In this document: positions 1 to 9,456 of the stretch, in pieces
Layout: every line of letters starts with the position of its first letter
Position numbering within the stretch: position 1 is the first letter of the stretch
Assembly: GCA_003553505.1 (NCBI GenBank)
Contig: PWEN01000042.1
Coordinates: 1-62,876 of the forward strand
Origin: Candidatus Nealsonbacteria bacterium
GTDB taxonomy: Bacteria; Patescibacteriota; Minisyncoccia; Minisyncoccales; PWPS01
Reading direction: 5' to 3'
DNA: 62,876 nucleotides
The notes under the pieces: model-generated
What the model was told of the DNA's origin: nothing
Seen by the model: only the letters and a program-made list of their open reading frames with translations
The model's database searches: none
Program-made: the position numbers and the translations under genes

Positions 1-914
<914 letters not shown>

Positions 915-959
915 TAGTATTTAATGACCATTACACTTTTCAAATGATTGGAGTCATTC

Positions 960-1070
960 TATGGGGGCTAACAGTGACGTTGTCCCACCCGTTCCCATTC
1001 CGAACACGGTAGTGAAATACGTCAATGCCGATGATAGTGGGTTTTCCCGCGAAAGTAGGTAGCCCCCATA
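960..1070 (+). rRNA. rrf: 5S rRNA
   Basis: CACCCGTTCCCATTCCGAACACGG and GCCGATGATAGT motifs; ends TATGGGGGC/GCCCCCATA pair as helix I. Confidence 0.95.
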
Positions 1071-1119
1071 AAGTGGCTCCAATTTTCTTTTATTTTTTTG
1101 TATTTACGATATAATGTAA

Positions 1120-1905
1120 GTGATGATTTTAAGAAGAGGAAAAACCTCTCTCGCTGCTAAGGCGGCTGTTGTAATTATTTTATTTGTTTCTTTGTTTTTC
1201 TTTTCAGATACTGCAAAGAATGCATTTTTCTTTGTTTCTTCTCCTGTGCAAAGTTTTCTTTTTCAAAAAGGAGGGGCTTTTTATGGAGTAACGGAAACAG
1301 TTGTCAATTTAAGCAGCATAAGAGAAGAAATAACTGATCTGCGAAAAGAAAACAGAGATTTGTCTGCAAGGCTGACCTTACAAAGAGAGATAGTTGCTGA
1401 AAACGAGGCTCTAAGAAAAGCGCTGGACCTTGATATGCGTTCTGAGAAACAGTTCATATTTTCAGAGGTTAGTGGTTCTAATTTTGATGCTGAAAAATTG
1501 ATAGTTGCCAGCGGCAAAAAGGATGGCGTAGAGGAAGGATATGCGGTTACCACCCCTGAAGGTTCGCTTGTAGGTGTTGTTTCAGATGTTTTTTCTGATT
1601 TTTCAGAAGTTCTTCTTATAACTTCTAAAGAGAGCTCTTTTGAAGCAAAGGTGCAGGGAGAAGATGACTATATTGGTGTGCTAAAAGGAGGGAGTGATCT
1701 TGTTTTAGAGATGCTTCCAAGAGAGTCAGAGATAGAAGAAGGAGACCTTGTGTCTACATTTTCACAGGAAGGTTATTTTCCGAGGGGGATATTCATAGGA
1801 CACATTTCCAAGGTTATAGATAGTGATGTAGAAGCCTTTACTAGTGCGGAAGTGAGACCTGCTTTCAATCTTCACGAGCTTGAATTTTTACTTATTATAG
1901 AGTGA
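1120..1905 (+). CDS. mreC: Rod shape-determining protein MreC
   Basis: N-terminal TM, coiled coil (ENEALRKAL), G-KKDGV, LVGVV, FPRGIFIG; mreD/pbp2 context. Confidence 0.92.
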   Translation: MMILRRGKTSLAAKAAVVIILFVSLFFFSDTAKNAFFFVSSPVQSFLFQKGGAFYGVTETVVNLSSIREEITDLRKENRDLSARLTLQREIVAENEALRKALDLDMRSEKQFIFSEVSGSNFDAEKLIVASGKKDGVEEGYAVTTPEGSLVGVVSDVFSDFSEVLLITSKESSFEAKVQGEDDYIGVLKGGSDLVLEMLPRESEIEEGDLVSTFSQEGYFPRGIFIGHISKVIDSDVEAFTSAEVRPAFNLHELEFLLIIE

Positions 1906-2387
1906 TGTTAAAAGCGTTTCTTAAAGCTTTCTTTTCAGGAATTGTTACGGGGTTTGTTTTTCTTGTTGCTTTTCCTTTTCTTGTAATTCAAGTAAACAGT
2001 TATTTCGGGCTCTTGCAAATAGATTACGTTGTTCTCGATATTGTTGGAGTTTTTCTTGTTTTTTGTGGTATATTAATGTTTCTTTACTGTTCAGGCATTT
2101 TTTGGAAGTTGGGAAAGGGAACGCCTGCCCCAATAGAGCCACCACGAAAAATAGTTACAGAGGGGATTTATCGTTATACAAGAAATCCTATGTATCTGGG
2201 ATATTTTTCTATAGTAACAGGGCAGGCTTTCTTTTTTGGAGACATTCTTCTTTTTGCTTACCTTCTTTTTGTGATTTTACTTATAAATGTTTATTTATTG
2301 TTTTTTGAAGAGCCTGCACTAAAAAAAAGGTTTGGCAAGGAGTATGAAGATTATGTCTCCCAAACCCCTCGTTGGATTTTTATATGA
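1902..2387 (+). CDS. Isoprenylcysteine carboxylmethyltransferase/PEMT-family membrane methyltransferase
   Basis: GKGTPAP, GIYRYTRNPMYLG, EEPAL..RFG.EY..Y....PRW. Confidence 0.88.
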   Translation: MMLKAFLKAFFSGIVTGFVFLVAFPFLVIQVNSYFGLLQIDYVVLDIVGVFLVFCGILMFLYCSGIFWKLGKGTPAPIEPPRKIVTEGIYRYTRNPMYLGYFSIVTGQAFFFGDILLFAYLLFVILLINVYLLFFEEPALKKRFGKEYEDYVSQTPRWIFI

Positions 2388-2680
2388 AGAAACTGTTTTT
2401 ACTAATAATTGTTGCTTATTTTATTGCTCTTTTTGAGAGCGGATTTATGGCACACTTTTTCTTTCCTAATCTGCTCTTTGTTTATTTTTTAGCAGTTAAT
2501 GTTTTAGAGAGTCCTGAAAGAAAAGAGGGATTGTTTTTAGCAGGAGCGTGTGGGCTTTTGTTTGACTTATTTTCTTCTTTTCCTATAGGATTTTATTTAG
2601 TATTGTTTGTTTTTGGTGCTTTCTTGATAAAGTTAATATTAAAGAGGTATGTCCACTTTCCGTCGTTTATTCGCTCGTAA
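2384..2680 (+). CDS. mreD: Rod shape-determining protein MreD (short, 98 aa)
   Basis: Hydrophobic; PNLL and GLLFDLFS..PIG motifs; lies before pbp2; ATG 2384 overlaps upstream stop. Confidence 0.75.
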   Translation: MKKLFLLIIVAYFIALFESGFMAHFFFPNLLFVYFLAVNVLESPERKEGLFLAGACGLLFDLFSSFPIGFYLVLFVFGAFLIKLILKRYVHFPSFIRS

Positions 2681-4565
2681 AAAGGGCGTAAAAGATATAG
2701 AGCCTCAAGAAGTTCTCCTTGATGGGTGGGCTCAAGAAAAAGAGGAGCAGATTGGTGTTTCCGAGAAACGCATGGAGGTTCCTTTGTCAAAGAACTATTT
2801 GCTTCTTTTTGCCTTTATTATGATGTTCTTGTTCTGCATTCTGTTTGGAAGAAGTTTGCATCTTCAGGTAATAGAGGGAAGCAATCTTTCATCTCTTGCG
2901 GAAAGAAACAGATCGGCAATGGTCTCTGTCCAGACACTTCGTGGAGTGATTTATGACAGGAACATGGATCAACTTGTTTTTAATTCTTCTCGTTTTGATC
3001 TTGAGTACTCTTCCTCTGATTTACCCAAAAAAGAAGATGTAGAAAGAGTGGCGGAAGTGATTTATTTAAAAAAAGATGATATAATAGAGACAATCACCGA
3101 CTCTTCGGAAGAATCTGTTGTTGTTAAGGAAGACCTTGAGCATTCTGAAGTTGTTTCTCTTCTTACAGTTGTTGATGACATGGACGGTTTTTCGGTCTCA
3201 GAGCAACTTGACAGAGAGTATAAGGATCCGGAGACTTTTTCGCATGTTGTCGGTTACATGGGAAAGATCGATAGGGAGACAATAGCTGACAATCCGGATG
3301 AGTATTCTATAAGGGATTATGTCGGTAGAGCGGGAGTCGAAAGAAGCTATGAACACATATTAAACAGAAAAAAAGGAGAAGTGCGCATAGAGAGAGACTC
3401 TGCAGGAAACATTAAAAACAAAGAAGTTGTCTCCTTGCCGGAAGGCGGAAGCAATGTTGTTCTTTCAATTGATGCGAAGCTTCAAAGAAAAATAGAAGAA
3501 GAAGTCCTTGAAACTCTTGAAAATGTTGGGTCAGAGAAGGCGGCCGTAGTTGCGGTAAATCCTCAAACGGGAAATATTCTTTCTATGACAAGTGTTCCTT
3601 CTTATGACAATCACATCTTTAGCAAGAGAGCAGACCAGAGTTCTTTTTCGGAGATGTTTTCCAATGAAAAGGGATCTTTTGTAAACAGAAATATATCTGC
3701 TACTTATCCTTCTGGGTCGGTAATAAAGCCGCTTGTGGCCGCTGCTGCACTGGAAGAGGATGTGATAAGCCCTGAAAAAGAGATATATAGTCCGGGACAT
3801 TTGACGGTGGAAAATCCCTGGAGTCCTTCAGAGCCCTCTGTGTTTAGAGATTTTCAAGCGCATGGCTGGACAAATGTAAGAGAGGCGATAGCTGTTTCAA
3901 GCAACGTGTATTTTTATACTGTTGGAGGAGGCTATGAAGATCAAGAAGGTCTTGGAATAGAGAGAATGAAAAATTATTTTCAAGAATTTGGACTTGGAAG
4001 CAGGACCGGCATAGATCTTCAGGCGGAAGCAGAGGGGTTTGTTCCCGATATGGAGTGGAAAAGAGAAGAGATTGGGATTCCTTGGACGGTAGGGGACACT
4101 TACAACACATCTATCGGACAGGGATATCTTTCTGTTACCCCGTTACAGATAGCTATGGCCTACTCCTCTTTGGTGAACGGAGGGAAGTTGCTTTCTCCCA
4201 GTATACTAAAAAAGGTTGTAAATGACGATGGAGAGGTTGTTGAGAGAAGGTCTCCGCAAGTATTAAATGAAGGATTTATAAGTCAAAGCAACCTAAATGA
4301 GGTGATGGAGGGGATGCGTCAGACAACTTTGATCGGGACGGCAAAAAGCCTTGGAACGCTTCCTGTGGAAGTTGGGGCCAAGACGGGAACGGCACAGATA
4401 CCAAAGCCCGGACATTATCACAACTGGATAACGGTTTTTGCTCCTTTTGATGATCCGGAGATAGTGATAACAATTGTAGTAGAGGAAGTGGAGGGGGTTC
4501 GTGCGGCGTCCATTCCTCTTGCCAGAAGTATACTTGAGTGGTACTTTAGTGAGTATAATAATTAA
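2649..4565 (+). CDS. mrdA: Penicillin-binding protein 2 (class B)
   Basis: RGVIYDRN, G..GVERSYE, SxxK (SVIK), SxN (SSN), KTG. Confidence 0.93.
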   Translation: MSTFRRLFARKKGVKDIEPQEVLLDGWAQEKEEQIGVSEKRMEVPLSKNYLLLFAFIMMFLFCILFGRSLHLQVIEGSNLSSLAERNRSAMVSVQTLRGVIYDRNMDQLVFNSSRFDLEYSSSDLPKKEDVERVAEVIYLKKDDIIETITDSSEESVVVKEDLEHSEVVSLLTVVDDMDGFSVSEQLDREYKDPETFSHVVGYMGKIDRETIADNPDEYSIRDYVGRAGVERSYEHILNRKKGEVRIERDSAGNIKNKEVVSLPEGGSNVVLSIDAKLQRKIEEEVLETLENVGSEKAAVVAVNPQTGNILSMTSVPSYDNHIFSKRADQSSFSEMFSNEKGSFVNRNISATYPSGSVIKPLVAAAALEEDVISPEKEIYSPGHLTVENPWSPSEPSVFRDFQAHGWTNVREAIAVSSNVYFYTVGGGYEDQEGLGIERMKNYFQEFGLGSRTGIDLQAEAEGFVPDMEWKREEIGIPWTVGDTYNTSIGQGYLSVTPLQIAMAYSSLVNGGKLLSPSILKKVVNDDGEVVERRSPQVLNEGFISQSNLNEVMEGMRQTTLIGTAKSLGTLPVEVGAKTGTAQIPKPGHYHNWITVFAPFDDPEIVITIVVEEVEGVRAASIPLARSILEWYFSEYNN

Positions 4566-4569
4566 AAAT

Positions 4570-5028
4570 ATGAAAAAAAGCTTTACCCGTGAGGGGTTAG
4601 AAAAATTGAAAAAAAGACTCGCTTTTCTTGAGAAAACAAAACGAAAAGAGGTTGCTGATGAACTGAAAGCTGCTGCTTCTTTTGGTGATTTGAGTGAGAA
4701 TTCGGCATATGAAGAAGCAAAACATGAGCAAAATATGCTTGAAACGGAGATCTCGAAGATAAGGGAGGCGATAAAAAATGCGGAAGTAGTGGAGATGGAT
4801 AAAGATTCAAAGTTGGTTCAGATAGGGTCGAGAATTGTTGTGGAAACAAGTGATGGCAAGGAGGAATTTGAGATAGTGGGAGGAACGGAGTCCGATCCTT
4901 TTGCGGGCAAGATATCTTGTGATTCTCCTTTAGGAAAGGCACTTATTGGTAAAAAAGAAGGAGAGAGCACTGCAGTACAAACTCCTTCTGGAGAAAAAAG
5001 TTATAAAATAGTAAAAATAAATGAGTAG
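4570..5028 (+). CDS. greA: Transcription elongation factor GreA
   Basis: GDLSENSAY, IS.DSPLGKALIG; start moved to ATG 4570. Confidence 0.96.
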   Translation: MKKSFTREGLEKLKKRLAFLEKTKRKEVADELKAAASFGDLSENSAYEEAKHEQNMLETEISKIREAIKNAEVVEMDKDSKLVQIGSRIVVETSDGKEEFEIVGGTESDPFAGKISCDSPLGKALIGKKEGESTAVQTPSGEKSYKIVKINE

Positions 5029-6487
5029 AAAAGAAGAGCTCAGAAAAAACCGCATAGAGAAGATGCGAAACGTGGAAAAGGACTCTCCTCCTTATCCTTT
5101 GTTGACCGCAAGAAATTACACTTTAAAAGAGGCGTTTTCTAGGTTTGAGAAATTAAAAGAAAGCGAAGAAGAGGTGGTCGTTGCTGGAAGATTGCGATCT
5201 ATACGTCAACACGGAAAACTTACTTTTGCAAACATAGAAGATGGAACAGCAGAGATACAGGTGTTTATTTCCGAGGATACTATCGGCAAAGTTCCCTATA
5301 ACTTTTTTTTGGAGAACTTTGATATGGGTGATTTTGTAGAAGTGAGAGGGGTTTTGTTTTTAACAAAAAAGAATGAGAAAAGCATAAAGGTGGCAGATCT
5401 AAAAATGCTCTCCAAGAGTCTTCTTCCTCTTCCTGAAAAGTGGCACGGACTGCAAGATACGGAAGAGAGATACAGAAAAAGATATCTCGATCTTCTTTTT
5501 AATGATGAGGTGAAAGAAAGCTTCCGTAAGCGCTCCAAGATAATAAAAGAGCTTCGTAGATTTTTGGAAAAAAAAGAGTTCATGGAGGTGGAGACTCCGG
5601 TGTTGCAGCCTATGTATGGAGGGGGGAGTGCAAAGCCCTTTAAAACGCACCTGAACGCTCTCTCTATGGATCTCTATCTTCGCATTGCTCCGGAGCTTTA
5701 CCTTAAGCGTCTTCTTGTAGGAGGTTTTGATAAGGTCTATGAGATGGGAAAGTGTTTTCGAAATGAAGGGATCGATAAGACACACAATCCGGAATTTACT
5801 TCTTTGGAGATATATAAGGCGTACTCGGACTACAAAAAGATGATGAGTTTTACGGAGGAGATGGTTTTATATGTACTAAAAGAGGTTTTGGGAAAGAAGG
5901 ATCTTTGGTATGACGAGAAAAAGATAGAGTTTTCTGCTCCTTTTGAGAGAGTTCAATTTTACGACCTTATTCGTAAAGAGACAGGAATAGACCTAGAAGA
6001 GATAAGTGTAGACGCTTTACGAAAAGAAGCGGAGAGTATGGGCATAGAACTGGAAAAGGGAGCAAGTAAAGCGCATATAAGTGATGAAATATTTAAGGAA
6101 AAGTGTCGTCATAAACTGGTGCAACCTACTTTTGTTATTCATCATCCGGAGGGTTTTCAGCCTCTTGCCAAGCCTCTTCCTGATGGATCGGGAAAGCTTG
6201 CCACCTTTCAGCTTTATATTGCTGGATGGGAGATTGTAAATGCCTTTTCGGAGCTAAATGATCCCACAGAACAAAGAAAAAGATTTATAGAGCAAGAGAA
6301 GATGCTTGAAAAAGGATTTACAGAAGCACAGCGGATGGATGAGGACTTTCTTACTGCATTAGAACATGGCATGCCTCCCGCTGTTGGTTTTGGTATGGGC
6401 GTTGATCGTTTTTGTGCCATACTTACCGGATCACACAGTCTTCGTGAGATTATTCTTTTTCCTGCAATGAGAAAAAAAGATGAATAG
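5021..6487 (+). CDS. lysS: Lysine--tRNA ligase (class II)
   Basis: PLPEKWHGL, RYRKRYLDL, LRIAPELYLKRL, FRNEG, GMPP..G.G.G.DR. Confidence 0.97.
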   Translation: MSRKEELRKNRIEKMRNVEKDSPPYPLLTARNYTLKEAFSRFEKLKESEEEVVVAGRLRSIRQHGKLTFANIEDGTAEIQVFISEDTIGKVPYNFFLENFDMGDFVEVRGVLFLTKKNEKSIKVADLKMLSKSLLPLPEKWHGLQDTEERYRKRYLDLLFNDEVKESFRKRSKIIKELRRFLEKKEFMEVETPVLQPMYGGGSAKPFKTHLNALSMDLYLRIAPELYLKRLLVGGFDKVYEMGKCFRNEGIDKTHNPEFTSLEIYKAYSDYKKMMSFTEEMVLYVLKEVLGKKDLWYDEKKIEFSAPFERVQFYDLIRKETGIDLEEISVDALRKEAESMGIELEKGASKAHISDEIFKEKCRHKLVQPTFVIHHPEGFQPLAKPLPDGSGKLATFQLYIAGWEIVNAFSELNDPTEQRKRFIEQEKMLEKGFTEAQRMDEDFLTALEHGMPPAVGFGMGVDRFCAILTGSHSLREIILFPAMRKKDE

Positions 6488-7037
6488 AGAAGAAGCTTTA
6501 CAACTTATAAAGAAGTATGTTAAAAATAAAAACAGTATAAAGCACATGCTTGCAGTTGAGGTTGTTATGCGTTCTTTAGCAAAGAGATTTGGAGAGCCGG
6601 AAGATAAATGGGCAGTGGCTGGCCTGTTGCACGATATTGACATGGAGATAGTGGACTACAGGAACAATGAAGAGCAACATGGTGTTGTTGGGGCTGATAT
6701 ACTAAGAAAGGAAGGAGTAGAGGAAGATATTATTGATGCAGTTTTGGCTCATAATGCTGCTACCGGCAAGAAAAGAGAAACGCTTATGGAGAAAGCTATA
6801 TTTGCAGTAGATCCCCTTACAGGGCTGATAGTTGCTTCCGTGTTAGTTCTTCCCGAGAAGAAGATAGAAAATATATCTACTGATTCTGTCATGAACCGTT
6901 TCAAAGAAAAGTCTTTTGCAAAAGGCGCGAATCGTGAAGTCATACTTTCTTGCAAAGAGATGGATATGGATTTGGAGGAGTTTATTTCTGTTTCTCTGCT
7001 TGCTATGCAAGAGATAAGTGAAGATTTAGAACTTTAA
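6480..7037 (+). CDS. HDIG/HD-domain hydrolase
   Basis: REEAL...KH.LAVE..MR.LA, GLLHDID, A.DPLTGLI, KSFA.GANRE. Confidence 0.85.
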   Translation: MNREEALQLIKKYVKNKNSIKHMLAVEVVMRSLAKRFGEPEDKWAVAGLLHDIDMEIVDYRNNEEQHGVVGADILRKEGVEEDIIDAVLAHNAATGKKRETLMEKAIFAVDPLTGLIVASVLVLPEKKIENISTDSVMNRFKEKSFAKGANREVILSCKEMDMDLEEFISVSLLAMQEISEDLEL

Positions 7038-7047
7038 ATTAATCAAA

Positions 7048-7246
7048 AGCTGTGAAGGAGAATTTCCGCTCCGGAGCTGGTCGGGGAAAACGCTTTGCGA
7101 CTAACCCGTCCCGGCAGCGACCGTAATATCGCTTTTTTCCCTTCAGATAGGGAAAGTGAGGCTCTTTTTGGCAACAAAAAGAGTAAAATCAAAGTGGCAC
7201 CACGAGCATGCTCTCGTCTTTGATGTTTTAAGATGAGAGTTTTTTT
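7048..7246 (+). promoter_or_regulatory. Serine T-box riboswitch (ultrashort Stem I, transcriptional) upstream of serS
   Basis: K-turn Stem I with UCC (Ser) at 7065-7067; Stem II; IIA/B pseudoknot; Stem III with GCAA loop; antiterminator bulge UGGCACC 7195-7201; alternative terminator. Confidence 0.88.
7211..7246 (+). terminator. T-box-controlled intrinsic terminator
   Basis: CTCTCGTCTT/AAGATGAGAG stem followed by T7; shares sequence with the antiterminator 3' strand. Confidence 0.85.
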
Positions 7247-7267
7247 ATATAATAATTATTAAAAGTT

Positions 7268-8515
7268 ATGATCGATATAAAACTTATTCGCAAAAATCCA
7301 AAGCAGATTAAAGATGCTTGCCTTAAAAAAGGTGTAGAGATTGACACAGATCTTATCTTGCGCCTTGACAAGCAAAGAAGAGACCTTCTTTCAGAGGTAG
7401 AGGAGATGCGTGCCAAGAAGAATGAGGCAAATAAGAAACTTGCGAGTGCCACAAGCGAAGAAAAGGAAAAGATAATAGAGGAGATGCGCGCAATTGATAA
7501 AGGTGATGCAGAAAGAAGACTAAAAGAAACAGAGGAAGAGCTTGAAAGAAACCTTCTCCTTATTCCTAATCCTCCTCTTGACGATGTTGTTGTGGGGAAA
7601 AGCGATGATGACAACGTCGTTATTCGCAGAGAAGGGGATCTGCCGGAGTTTTCTTTTGCTCCTCGTGACTATATGGAGATATGTGAAAAACTTGATATAA
7701 TTGACCTTAAGCGTGCTGCAAAGGTGTCCGGTTCACGTTTCGGTATACTAAAGGGAGAGGGTGCTCTTCTGCACCTGGCTATCGTTAATTTTGTGATGGA
7801 GAAATGCATGAAGCATGGATTCTCTCCTCTCTTGCCTCCCGTAATGATCAGGCCGGAGATGATGAAAGGCATGGGATACGTAGAAAGAGGCGGTGATGAG
7901 ATATACCACATAGAAAAGGACAATCTTTATCTTGTGGGAACATCGGAGCAGATTATTGGCCCTATGCACTCAGGAGAGATACTGGATGAAAAAGAGCTTC
8001 CTCGCAGATATGTAGCATACTCTTCCTGTTTTCGTAGAGAGGCCGGGTCTTATGGAAAGGACACGAAAGGCATATTGCGAGTGCATCAGTTTGAAAAGGT
8101 AGAAATGTTTTCCTTTACGACTCCTGAAAAATCAAAAGAGGAGCACAGTCTTCTCCTTTCCATAGAAGAAGAGATTATGAAAGATTTAAAGATACCATAT
8201 CAGGTTATTGATATATGTAGTGCCGATCTGGGCGATCCTGCAGCATCAAAGTATGACATAGAAGCTTGGATGCCCGGACAAGGAGATTACAGAGAAACGC
8301 ATTCTACTTCCAACTGCACTGATTTTCAGGCAAGAAGACTTAATATACGTTATAAAAGCAGAGAGGAGACCAATTTTCTACACACCTTAAACGGAACAGG
8401 GCTTGCAGTTGGAAGAGCAATTATCGCATTAATAGAGAACAACCAGAGAGAAGATGGGAGTGTAGATATTCCCGAGGCATTACACAAGTTTCTTCCCTTT
8501 ACAAAGATCGGATGA
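7268..8515 (+). CDS. serS: Serine--tRNA ligase
   Basis: MIDIKLIR, LVGTSE, FRREAG, RVHQFEKVE, SNCTDFQARRL, HTLNGT. Confidence 0.97.
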   Translation: MIDIKLIRKNPKQIKDACLKKGVEIDTDLILRLDKQRRDLLSEVEEMRAKKNEANKKLASATSEEKEKIIEEMRAIDKGDAERRLKETEEELERNLLLIPNPPLDDVVVGKSDDDNVVIRREGDLPEFSFAPRDYMEICEKLDIIDLKRAAKVSGSRFGILKGEGALLHLAIVNFVMEKCMKHGFSPLLPPVMIRPEMMKGMGYVERGGDEIYHIEKDNLYLVGTSEQIIGPMHSGEILDEKELPRRYVAYSSCFRREAGSYGKDTKGILRVHQFEKVEMFSFTTPEKSKEEHSLLLSIEEEIMKDLKIPYQVIDICSADLGDPAASKYDIEAWMPGQGDYRETHSTSNCTDFQARRLNIRYKSREETNFLHTLNGTGLAVGRAIIALIENNQREDGSVDIPEALHKFLPFTKIG

Positions 8516-9456
8516 AAATTGAAACAGTAACAACAAAAAAAGACTGGGACAGGTTTATATTAAAAGAAAATGGGAGCTTTTTGCAGTCTTTTGATTGGGG
8601 GGTCTTTCAGGAAAAACAAGGAAATCCTGTTTTTCGTATTGCGGTGCGATCAAAAGGAGAGACGATACTCCAAGCGCAGATAATAAAAGAAAAACTGCCT
8701 TTTTCCAAGTTTTATTTTCAGCTGCCTTATGGGCCGGTGACAAAGAAAGGATTAACGGAAGATAAAAGACGTGAGGCGGAAAGAATGCTTGTAAAGCAAG
8801 TAAGTGGCAAGGGTGCGGTTTTCATGATAGTGGAGCCCTTAAAAGAGTTCTTTTTTGGGAAAAAGGCTTCTTTTCGTATACAGCCGCAAAAAACGTCTGT
8901 TATAGACTTAACCAAGAGCATTGAGGATATTTTTAACTCTTTCAAAAAGGATCTTCGCTATAGCATACGCACAGCACAAAAAAAGGGAGTAGAATTGGAA
9001 GAAGGTCCTTATGACGAGCGTTTTTTTGATTTACTGGAAAAAGTAAAGGAAAGAAAGGGGTTTTCTTCTTATCATTCTTCTTATTTTCCCGAATTACTTG
9101 ATACTGTTAATTCTCGTTTTTTCTTTGTGAGTTATGAGGGAAAACTTGTAGCGGGCATGATAATGGTATTTTTTGGTGATACAGTTACCTCTCTGCACTC
9201 TGCCTCAGACTACGATTACCGCCACTTGCAAACTCCTTCTTTGCAAAGATTTCATGCTTGTCTTGAAGGTAAAAAGCAAGGCTTTGCGTGGCATGACCTT
9301 TGGGGAATAGAAGAGGAGAAATATCCCGGAGTGGCAAATTTCAAGAAAAAGTTTTGCGGAAGAGAGATCGTCTACCCTCAAGGAAAGGTGGTTGTTTTTT
9401 CACATTTTTGGTATACCCTTTATATTATCGCAAAGAAAATAAAACGCATCTTATGA
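8512..9456 (+). CDS. FemABX-family peptidoglycan bridge aminoacyltransferase
   Basis: SFLQSFDWG, PYGP, TSVIDL, RYSIR.A.KKGV, DLWGI...GV..FKKKF.G. Confidence 0.88.
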   Translation: MKIETVTTKKDWDRFILKENGSFLQSFDWGVFQEKQGNPVFRIAVRSKGETILQAQIIKEKLPFSKFYFQLPYGPVTKKGLTEDKRREAERMLVKQVSGKGAVFMIVEPLKEFFFGKKASFRIQPQKTSVIDLTKSIEDIFNSFKKDLRYSIRTAQKKGVELEEGPYDERFFDLLEKVKERKGFSSYHSSYFPELLDTVNSRFFFVSYEGKLVAGMIMVFFGDTVTSLHSASDYDYRHLQTPSLQRFHACLEGKKQGFAWHDLWGIEEEKYPGVANFKKKFCGREIVYPQGKVVVFSHFWYTLYIIAKKIKRIL

